Assembly: GCF_006345805.1 (NCBI RefSeq)
Contig: NC_043006.1
Coordinates: 28,272,001-28,336,000, forward strand
Direction of reading: 5' to 3'
From: Octopus sinensis
Taxonomy: Eukaryota
Length of the DNA stretch: 64,000 nt
The position numbers and the translations under genes are program-made. A model generated the notes under the pieces. That model was given only the letters and a program-made list of their open reading frames with translations, did not search any database and was not told where the DNA came from. Position 1 is the stretch's first letter. Each line of letters begins with the position of its first letter. Of the stretch, positions 11,951 through 23,956 are shown one piece after another.

Positions 11951-13434
11951 GTATCCTGTTCACTATTCTGAGGACATCACACATATTAAATGTAATGATG
12001 ACATCTGCTGTTACGAAAATTTTAATCCTTTAGCATTTAAACAGGCCTTACCCGGCACAAATATTCTACCAATTTTATGTTCAAACTGGCCAGATCCAGC
12101 CTCTCACGCCTACCTTACAATATCATTCTAAAAATAAGCAATCACATCTTTGAAATTTCAAAGCTACATGATAATGCAGGATTAATTTTTAGAAAATGTG
12201 AATAACAAGCATTATTATGTTTGGCAAAGTAATCTAGATGTCAAAGAGTTAAAATGTGTATCTAATCTTTAGTGGTTTTAACATTAATATTCTATGGTTT
12301 AGTTAATATCAGTTTCCTTGAAACTTTTTCTTTAGGGAATAATGTCTTCTAGTCAAGTAAAACCCAAGGATGTCAAAGGTATTGGATTCGACGCAACATG
12401 TTCACTTGCAGTTCTAGATGCAAATGGTCAGCCTTTAACTGTTAGTCCTTCAGGTCAGTAATATATTTTTCATGTTTTCTTTGTTAACAATCAATTAACC
12501 CTTTTTATACCAACTCGTCTAAGACCCCCCCCCTCACTAGTCCTTTGATATAATACTCCTTTTTGAACACTTCAGCATTTAAACTGGCCATATCAGGCCT
12601 AAATATTCTAATTGTTTTATGTTTAAGCTAGCCAGATCCAGCCTTTCACACCTATCCTACAATGTCATTCTAAAAATAAACTGTCACGTCATCAAAATTT
12701 TAAAGCTACAAGATAGTGAATGATTAATTCAAAATAACAAGAATAAATAAACAATTGCAGCGTGGAAGGTGTTTGTAAGCCATTTAAGAAACACAGAAAA
12801 GCCGTTCGATTCACTTCAACATTTAAGTTTAATTTGTCAAAATATTTTGTCACTTTAAGACCGTGACCTGTTCATGGATTTTTGTCAGTGAACAGGTTGC
12901 GGTCTTAAAGCGACGAAAATATTTTGACAAATTAAACTCAAATTTTTTATGTGTTTCTTAAATGGCTTACAAACACCTTCCACGCTGCAATTGCTTTCAT
13001 TTCAGCACACGATCTCAGATCAAATCACTTGCTATGCAAGTACATCTCCGTAAAAAGAATAAATAAGCATTACATTTGACAGAGTAATATGAATGCTAAA
13101 GGGTTAAAGTGATCTAAATAAAAAAAAATTTGCATCAAAATTTTATGTTAATTTATGTTCCAAACATCAGCTTAATGGTGACAAAGTTATTTGACTAAAT
13201 TCTTCATTATTTTCACAATTAATTGAAACAAAGGCTGTGTATTTCAGTAGAAATATGGTAACCCATCTAGAACTATTAGCTTAGTCTGTATAATAATATC
13301 CTCACAATGTACAAAAAATTGTATGCATATCTGTTTCATTGAGCTCCTTCACAAGACACTTTCCCTTGTACATTATTGCCCATCCTAATATCTTCATTTT
13401 TGTAAAGAATTGTTCCTTATCTTCATTCCTCTTG

Positions 13435-13470
<36 letters not shown>

Positions 13471-16400
13471 CTGTGACTGGTGAAATATCACTATTTCTGT
13501 AATGATTTGTACTGGATGAAGGACCAATTTTGTAAAGTAAACTGTAATTTTGTATTAAACACACACACAAAGTACTATACATATGTGCATATACATAAAT
13601 AGAAACAATCTTACATCCAGATTTTCCAACCCATACCAACACGAGGAATCAAACATTGGACAAGGATGATAATGATGATAATAAATCCAGACAATTTTTT
13701 TCAAAAGTAACTTTTATTAACCAACTTGTCATCTTCTATGGAAAGAACTGAACAGCTGTATAGATGTAAACACAATTTTTTTTTCTTCCTTTCCTTCTCT
13801 TTTCCATTGCCACTCCTTTCAGATACACAGGCACACATACACACACACACACACTCTCTCTCACTGGACAATGATGATGACAATGATAATAAAGCCAGAC
13901 AATTTTTTGAAAAATAACTTTTATCAAAACAAGACCTCCCTTAGAATAGCCACCTGGTTTTGCCATTTTTAAAGGCCAAGAATCAACTCATCACTTTCTA
14001 TTGAAAGAACTGACCAGCTGTATAGATGTAAATACATTTTTTTCTTCTTTTTTTCCTTCTCTTTTCCTTTGACACTCATTTCAGATACATAGGCACACAC
14101 ACACACACACTCAAAAACACACTTTCTCCCCATTCCTCATCCTCTTTTACTATCCTGTATCTCTCTCCACCCCTACACACTCAATAATACTATAAAAAGA
14201 GACGAATCCCCTCAAAAAATTCAAATCAAGAAATCTTGTCCGTCACGAAAACCGAATCTCTCTATGATCAGCAATCAAAAGGTTGAATAAAATACAATTG
14301 TCCTTTAAAATGATTTTAGACTCATCTTTCTGGTTTTTCAGGAAAAAACGAGTGGAATGTAATTATGTGGATGGATCATCGTGCTAAAGATCAAGCTGAT
14401 AGGATTAGTGAGACTAAACATGATGTTCTCAAGTATTTAGGGGGCTCTATGTTTCTTGAAATGCAGACACCCAAACTTCTCTGGCTAAAGGAGGTAAGAA
14501 AACTTCATTTGCATTTCTATCTTTTGTATATGAAAGCCTAAATAGAAAGGCTTCCAACTTTTGAAGCTCTCTGTTGCAGGAAGCTAATGAGAAAGATTCT
14601 GTTCATATTGTAACTGTTAACTTTTTTGTAAATCAACGAAGTAAAGTGACAAGGTATATTAAAAGCATATATACCTTAAGATAGATAAAGCAAAAATAAT
14701 GGTGTCTTTATGTAATAATAGCCAATGTAAATTTTGGTTGATGCTCCAGTCATGCTTTATGTTATGTTATGTTGTGTTGTGTTGTGTTGTGTTGTGTTGT
14801 GTTGTGTTTATTATGTTTATTATATTATATTATATTATATTATATTATATTATATTATATTATATATTATATTATATTATATATTATATTATATTGATAG
14901 AGACAGACAGACAGACTAACAAAGACATACAAAGAGAGTGGCAAATATTTATCATATAACTATTTTGATAATGTTTTTAGTAAAGCAATAAATCCTGTAT
15001 GAGGAGTCATTACTATTAGCATTTAATTTTATCTCCAAGCTCTGCAGAAGCTATTTATTGGCTTGGTCTTGAGGAAGGGGTATTGAAGAGACCCTCTGAG
15101 GAAGGGGTTGTGTTAATGGATATTGCAGACCTTCTGAGGAAGGATTTGTCTCCATGCCTATCACAGACTTCTGGGGAAGGGACTGTGCCCATAGCCATTA
15201 GCTAACCCTTTGAAGGAGGAGCTACAAGTATTGAAAAGTGGACATTAAAACAATAACAAGGATAATAATGAAATCTTTGTGTGTGTGTGTTCGTATATAC
15301 TAGTGTAAAATGACATGTTAAGTTGCATACCTTTATGACAAAAGGTAACTTTAGTCATTCAATAAGCAGAGATTGATAAACTAGATAACAAACTGAAATT
15401 GTACTGTACTTGGTTTGAAGGAGGTACTCCAGCTTCACTAAAGTTCAATGACTGAAACCAGTAAAAGAATAAATATTGATCTTCTAAAGAAAACATTTCT
15501 TTATTATAAAATTGCAATATAATTTATTATAATTTATTAAAATGTATAATTTATTCTAATTTATTATGTTTTTTTTTCTAGAATCTTTCAGATACATGGC
15601 AAACAGCTGGATCTTTTTATGATTTACCAGATTTTCTTACCTGGAGAGCAACTGGCCATGATTCTAGGTATGTGTTCAACATTGCATCATTTTCATTAAA
15701 TTGATTTAAAGACGTTTTATGAGGTAGATTTTGAAGAATAAAAGCTTGGTATCCAAATGGATTAAGTGCTGATAGAAGGGAGAGAAGTGTGAGTAATCCA
15801 AATAATGGGAGAAGAAGGGGCTATCAGTATGTTCTTGTTGTAGCTTTTGCTGAGTAGGCTGTCACTAATGGTTGTTTTGTCGTTATTGCTGTTATCATTG
15901 TTGGGTAAGCAGATGTAGCATTGATTGATTATTGTTGTTGCTTAGCCCCAAGTCAGATTTGTAATCAGACATTTCCAACTGTGATCACCCTGTCTTTTTA
16001 CATAATCTAAAACTACCTAATAGAGTGTCTTGTGTGTTTTTTTAAGAAAGAAGTGATTTGATGAAATTTGGCTGCTATTTCTAACAGAACCGTCCCAAGT
16101 TGAGAAGTTCCATATTGGGTGACAGTATACAAAAATGTTATTCTTCTCAACATAGAGCTACTGATATTTGACATGATTTAGTTTTAAACTAGCACTATGA
16201 CCTGGCAACGCCGGGTCATAGTGCTAGTGCATGCATATACAGCTGTGTACGTGCACACATACACGCTAGTATGTCCAAATCTCTGACCAATCACATACAG
16301 CTAGCTGGCATTCAATTGGCGTATCAAGTTTTGGGCATTTTGATTGGGTTTTGGATGGAAAATTCACAAAAAAGTCACTTCAATTAATTTTTTAATGGCT

Positions 16401-19400
16401 TTGCGGGGTCACTGGGGAAATGTAAAGATATGCACAACCACCCTTGGACGGTTTTGAATGACCATAGAAAGTGCGAGCCCTCTAACTGAAAAATTGTGGA
16501 TTTGTATAAAGGACACGCACACACACACACAGAGACATTTTGCCATTTATATATATAGAGATGTGATATGTTAATAAAATAGGAGTATTTATATCAATGA
16601 AGATTGAAAAAACAAGGAAGGATATAAGCTCAGTGTTACGCCAACGTTGTGCAAGTGTTGTATCAGTATCTTATCAGTTATGTATCAATGTTATACCAGT
16701 GTTGAATTGGTGCTGTATCAGTGTTGAACCTGTATTGTGCCAATGTTTTAACTGTGCTGTACTAGTGTTGTATTAGTGTTACACCACTAATCACCTGAAG
16801 CACTAAAAGAATGGATACATTTCGTATTTTGTTTTCTGGAAACAAGAAACCTCCTCTGGAAGAACTGTGTTTACATCTGTACTGATATGGCATCATCAAT
16901 GGTTAAGCTCTGTCACAAGTTTTGCTTCTCTTGTAAAACAAGAAAATGCAAATATTGTCTCAACACATTGCTTTCTTTATGGAAAGGGGCAATTTCCTCT
17001 CAGAGATGAACTACAAATCATTTTTAATGGTGCTACAAAAATAGTCATCTTTATTAAACTAAGACAATTAATTTCAGAATGTTTAAAAAGTTGTATAGGA
17101 ACTAGGACAAAGAGCTCATAAATCTTTTACTACATACAAGATTCCAGTGATTAAGCACAGGAAGAATTCTAAATATGGTCTTTGGACTAAAAGATGATGA
17201 GAATACATTCAAGAAAACAATAAGCTAGAGTTTGACAAGTTCTTTGAAGATTACAAATGGTTGTAGAGGTTAGTCTTCTTAGCAGACATGTTTGACCAGA
17301 TAAATCAGCTGGACAAATCGTTGCAAGACTCTGGAGAAGAAATATCTGACAATAAGTGATAAAATTCTTGGATTTAAAAGAAGACTGAATCTTTGAAAAA
17401 ACATCATAAAAAGAATTCTTGAAATATTTCAACTACTGCTGGATCTTAAGAGTGAAGAAGGATATCAATATATTTCACACCATTTTGGAACCCACATAGA
17501 TGAGCTGTTGGTCACAAGGGAACATTATTTTCCATTTCTTTTAACAGGAGTTTATAATTGGGTAAAGGATCTATATTGGGTATATCCTGCTCCTTCTAAG
17601 AACTTGGTTTTCAGAGAAGAGGAAGAACTTTGTGAACTGGTGCTTGATTGTACACTCAAAATGAGATTTACTGACCTGTATTTGCAAAGTTGAGTGTCTA
17701 TGAAAGAGGAGTATCTGGCCAATAATAAGAAGCAATTAAAGGCAGCGAGCTGGCAGAAACGTTAGCATGCCTAGTAAAATGCTTAGCATTATTTCGTCTG
17801 CCGTTATGTTCTGAGTTCAAATTCCGCCGAGGTCGACTTTGCCTTTCATACTTTTGGGGTCGATAAATTAAGTACCAGTTATGCATTGGGGTCGATATAA
17901 TCGACTCAATACCTATGAATGTCCTTGTTTGTCCCTTCTATGTTTAGCCCCTTGTGGGTAATAAAGAAATAAGTATATTATTGTAGTTTTTAATTTCTTA
18001 CATGTAAACTTTGTTTCTTCTTTAACAATTATTAAGAGTAAAGACAGAAATCATCTACTTTCAGTTGAAGATAACATCTGTATGTTTATCTAAAGTTTGA
18101 CCTGCATGAAACATTTGTCTATCAAATTACAGAGGCAAGTGTCGTTATCTAAATTGGATTAATATTAGTATGGTCATTATGAATGTAACACGTAACCCAC
18201 TAAATGTTATCTACCAATGTTATCTAACCCTGATACCACACTAAAAGTTATTGTTTTGCATAAACCAATTATCAGAAAAGCATATAATGTTTTTTACGGA
18301 CATGAACTTGCATAGCAAGTGATTTGATCTGAGATTGTGTGCTGAAACAAGAACAATTGCAGTGTGGAGGATGTTTGTAAGCCATTTAAGAACACACAAA
18401 AACCGTTAGTTTCACTTTAACATTTAAATTCAATTTGTGTCAAAATATTTTTGTCATTTTGAAACTGTGACCTGTTCACTGACACAAAGTTTTGTCAGTG
18501 AACTGGTTGTAGTTTCAAAGCGACAAAAATATTTTGACACAAATTAAATTTACTGTTTGTCTTATGAAATTTAACCTTATGAAAGAAAGAGAGGGTAAAA
18601 TGATTAATAAAGATATATAATAATATTTATATAGGGGTTTTCAAAGATGCTGCATTAATTTCAAGGGTTCTTCAAGAGTAAAAAGGTTGGGATGTACCAA
18701 GTTAAATAATCTCATTAATTTAACAAATGTGCTATGTTACATTAATTAAATAATCATATTCTATGACATCAGTTATCTGATTAGGTCATATTATATTAGT
18801 TAAATGAACTCATACATACATTTGTGTATGCACAAGCATAACTCTGTGGTTGAGAAGTTCACGTTGCAACCCTCTGGTTTCATATTTAGTCCCACTGCTT
18901 GGTAGTTTCAGCAGGTGTTTTCTGCAATGGCCCTAGACTGAGCAGTGCCTTGAGGGTGGGTTTGGTGGATGGATACGCACACACACACACACTGATGCAA
19001 ATAAATAAAACCATTTGGGTTTGATATACAAAATATACAGTGCCCCAGCATGGCCACAGCCTCAAGGCTGAAACATATAAAAGAATAAAAGAACATGTAT
19101 ACATTTAAGCGTTTTCTATATTGAGCATCTCTGGATCTCATCTGTTGACTCACTCTTTTTCATCTCTATTTTCCTCTCTCTTTATATATATATATATATA
19201 TATACACTTTTTCAAGATCAGTGACGAAAGGTCACTGGAAAAAGGATATATGTATTTGCATTGGGACCCTTCCATCGAAAACCGGTGATTGTCATGCGCT
19301 GATGACGGGTCAATACCCAGAAACTGCAGTCCGTGCATATCACTTAGGTTGATGAGGGAAGGATGACCTTCCTTTGCAAATACCGATAGAGCACAGAAAG

Positions 19401-21557
19401 TGTGCCAATAGCCAGCTGGAGATGTTCTCCTGGGGCTACAAGCTACAGTAACATCCACCCTTAGTAGTTAGCCATATTTAGATGGCAAATATACTTCACA
19501 TATATATATATATAATTGTTATCACCATATTAATATGGCAGTCTTATAGATATAAGACTAAAGCTGTCGCTGATTAGCTCCATGAGGCCATCGCCTTAAG
19601 CTAGCTATTTGACACATAAATATATATATGAAGTAGTTTTGGTGAAGCATTGTGTGGTATTTTTCTTGTTGTGTAAGGTCCTTTTCTCATTGTTCTGGCC
19701 ATGCACAACAAATCCCTTATATATATATATATATGTTAGTTAGTTAGTTAGTTAATTTGGCTCAAAAGCAAATAGCAAGGCCATGTAGGGGGACATGGAG
19801 TTAAGTACAGGGTGGTGTTCATGTAAAGAGTTCAGGCCACTTGAGGTCCAGGGAGGCTTTGAACAAAGCGGTCGTCGGCATCTTCACCATCTCATCTGGC
19901 AGCTTGTTCCACGGATCCGCAACCCGGTCGGAGAAAGCTCCTCTCCTTCGATTGAGATGAAATCGTCGCAGGTAGAGCTTTTCGGAATGACCCCGCAGCC
20001 GACGCTCTGGAGCAGGAGTGAAGAACAGCTCTTTCGAGAGGTTACACTTCCCGCTTATGATGTTGTGGGCGAGAATGAGATCACCACGGCGGCGGCGTTT
20101 TTCAAGAGAATAAAGGTCGAGCGTCCTCAGCCTTTCTTCGTAGGACAAATTTTTGAGACCATGAACCAGGCGGGTAGCCAGCCTCTGGACTCTTTCGAGG
20201 TGCTGTATGTCTTTGAGGAGATAAGGAGAAGAGGCTTGAATCCCATACTCCAATATGGGTCTCACCAGCATGACATAGAGTGGCAGGAATATGGCTGCTG
20301 TGAGCACTCCGAATGACCGTCGAATCAAAAACAGAATTCCACGCGCTTTGTTGGCAGCATGGACGCACAGGGCCGAAGGCGAAAAGGAGGAATCCACCAA
20401 GATACCCAGGTCCTTTACCTGATCGATCCTCTCCATATATATCAAACCTGGGCACCAAACCATTAATCTGTTAATCGTTAATTGATGAAGTTAAGATTTT
20501 TGTTAGTGATTTAACTTTTAAGTTAACTTTGAAAATCCTTTTCGGACTAATTAACTTCTGTTACATTTAACTTCTGTTAACTCAAGTTGCTGTGACAATC
20601 TTTAGGCTCAAGGACTTGAAGTCCAATGGCCTTGTCTACTGCAGCCCCTTGGTCGATGCACTTTTGGCAGGCATTGACAAAAGTTTAGGACCTTCCTGGA
20701 GGTTGGGGAAAGCCAGCTGGCTGCTGCCTTCTACAGTAGGTTTCACCTCATTTGGTTAATAAGTATGACAACACCAAGGTCGCCAAGGTGAGGAAAAGCA
20801 TGGAGAGTAAGGTCGAAGAGGCCATGTGGCAGCAGTCTGATGAACTGAGCAGCAACAATGAGGAGGAGGAGGAGGATGACTTCTTCAGTGGCATCACCCA
20901 GCCACAAGAGAGCAACAGGAGCCACAGGTCACTCAATGACAAGGCCCAGAATTTGGTAAAGACCAGGCTGGAGACCAACTCCAAGGACTTACTGACAAAT
21001 GCTGACTTCTTGGGTGAGCAAGTGCTGGTGGACTTGTTCATCATGTTCAACACAGCCATCCCCTCCAGTGCTGCAGTGGAGCATTTGTTCTGTATGAACA
21101 AGGACATCTTGATGGCCAAGAGATCATTTCTATCTGATGAAAACTTTGACATGCTAATTTTCATGAAGGGCAACATGCATCTCGTGAACAAAACAGAGGA
21201 GAAGAAGAGGAAAAATTAAATTATGTATATATCGTTTTTCATTTAAAAAATTTTTTATTTTTTTACTGCACTTTATCAATAAACTTTTTTTTTAGTTTAA
21301 TTCTAATATTGTGTTTCATTTGGTTTTGTTTTTTTTTACCCTTTTCTAGCTTTAAAAGCCTTTAAAAACCTAAAATAGGGCCAAAACTATGGAATCACCC
21401 ATTTTTTTAGGTCTTTTAAAAGTTAACACTACAAAATCAGCATTTTTTAACTCTAAAGCAAAAAAAAAAAAACTATAGTTTTGGGGTTCTAAAGCCCTTA
21501 AAAAGGCTGATTTCATAATTTTGTCACTTTTTAAAGGTGTTTTTAGAGCAAAAATTG

Positions 21558-21589
<32 letters not shown>

Positions 21590-23917
21590 GGTGGTGAGCC
21601 AGTAGAACCGTTAGCATGCTGGATGAAATGCTTAGCAGTATTTTGCCCATTGCTACATTCTGAATTCAAATTCCGCTGAAGTAAACTTTGCCTTTCATCC
21701 TTTTGGGATTGATAAATCAAGTACTGGTGAAATTCTGGGGTCAATGTAATCGACAAGTCCCCTCCCTCAAAACTTCGGGCCTTGTGTCTATGATAGAAAG
21801 GATTATTATTATCATTAAGGTAGTGAGCAGACAGAATCATTAGCATGCTGGGCAAAATGCCTAGCAGCATTTCTTTTGGCTTTACGTTCTGAGTTCAAAT
21901 TCCACCAAGGTTGACTGTCTTTCATCTGTTCAGGTTCAATAAAATAAGTACCAGTTAAACTCCGGGGTTGATGTAATCGATTTACCCCCTCCCATGAAGT
22001 TGCTGGCCTTGTGACAACCTGTGCATACCTTCCTTCTTATGACACTTGTGAAGACCTGTTGAGGCAAGTGCTAATCAAATCAAATGACACTTGTGAAGAC
22101 CTGTTGAGGCAAGTGCTAATCTAATCAAATCAAATGACACTTGTGAAGACCTGTTGAGGCAAGTGATAATAATAATAATAATAATAATAATCATAATCAT
22201 AATAATCATAATCATAATCAAATCCAATCAAAACAAATCAAAATAGATGAACATCAATGGAATTTGTATCTTTGTGGTACCAATGCCGGTGGCACACAAG
22301 AAAACCATCCGAACGTGGCGGTAGCCAGTACCACATCGTGCTGTGGGCACGTAACAAACACCATCTGATCGTGGCCGTTCGCCAGCCTCATCTGGCACCT
22401 GTGTTGGTGGCACATAAAAACACCATCCAAAGACCCGGCAAGACTAGTCAGGCCATAACCCGTGGCCCCTACCTGGGACGTAGTCAGTCTACCTGTGCAT
22501 ACCTTCCTTCTTATGACACTTGTGAAGACCTGTTGAGGCAAGTATGTGACACTTGTGAAGACCTGTTGAGGCAAGTGAAAATCAAACCAAATCAAAATAG
22601 ATGAACATCAATGGAATTTGTATCTTTGTGGTACCAGTGCCGGTGGCACACAAGAAAACCATCCGAACGTGGCCGTAGCCAGTACCGCATCGACTGGCCT
22701 CCGTGCTGTGGGCACGTAACAAACACCATCCGGGCACATAACAAACACCATCCGATCGTGGCCGTTCGCCAGCCTCATCTGGCACTTGTGTCGGTGGCAC
22801 ATAAAAACACCATCCGAGCGTGGCCGTCTGCCAGCCTCGTCTGGCACCTGTGTCGGTGGCACATAAAAAAAAAGACACCATCCGAGCGTGGCCGTTCGCC
22901 AGCCTCGTCTGGCACCTGTGTCGGTGGCACATAAAATCACCCACTACACTCTCGGAGTGGTTGGCGTTAGGAAGGGCATCCAGCTGTAGAAACACTGCCA
23001 GATCTGACTGGCCTGGTGCAGCCTTCGGGCTCCCCAGACTCCAGTTGAACCGTCCAACCCATGCTAGCATGGAAAGCGGACGTTAAATGAGGATGATGAT
23101 GATGATTATTATTATTATTATTTAAGGCGATGAGCTGGTAGAATTGTTACCATGCTGGATGAAATGCTTTGCAGTATTTTGTTTTTCGCTACATTCTAAG
23201 ATCAAATTTCACCTAGGTTGACTTTGCCTTTCTTCCTTTCAGTGTCAATAAACACTGAGGTCAAATTTTTAGGCCCTGTGCCTTTAATGAAAAGAATTAT
23301 TATTATTAAGGTGGTGAGCTGGCAGAATCATTAGCACATCAGACAAAATACTTAGCAGCGTTTCTTCTGGCTTTCATCCTGAGTTCAAATTCCGCTGAGT
23401 TTGACTTTGTCTTTCACCATTTTGAAGTCAATGAAATAAGTGCCAATGTAATTGACTAGACCACTCTCTCAAAATTTTAGGTCTTGTGCCTATAGTAGAG
23501 AGGATTATTACTATTAATAGTAGTACTAGATGCAGATAAAGTGTTCTGGGTTTTAAACATCAAACTCAAAATTTCTGACATCTATTTAGAAGAATGTAAA
23601 TACAAGCAGAAATAGTTGTAATTCTATTCAACAGACTGTTCTTCCTGAAGCTGTAGCAGTAATTAATCAATTTATCTATTCTTTTTATAGACTTGTCCTT
23701 ATGTAATTCTTTCTATCTCTTTTGTTTCTAGATCATTATGTTCAGTAACATGTAAATGGACTTACCAATCATCTGAGAATGGTCAAGGAAATTGGAACAG
23801 TCAGTTTTTTGATTTAATTGGATTGCAAAAACTAGCAGAAAATGATTTTGCTAAAATTGGTAAGGTATATACATACATGCATATATAAGATATATGAATA
23901 TATAAGGTACAGGAATG

Positions 23918-23956
<39 letters not shown>

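Noticed and set aside
15582-15591. Alternative acceptor TTTCAG 10 nt inside exon 4
   Set aside because: Would frameshift the CDS; no support from sequence alone.
20102-20458. Extra ORFs overlapping the CR1 (19795-20316 +, 20102-20458 -) and the hAT (20748-21191 -)
   Set aside because: Antisense or alternate-frame shadows of GC-rich TE coding sequence.
22017-22580. 29-bp direct repeats resembling a CRISPR array
   Set aside because: Spacers are absent or simple repeats (AATCA)n, context is a eukaryotic intron and there are no cas genes.
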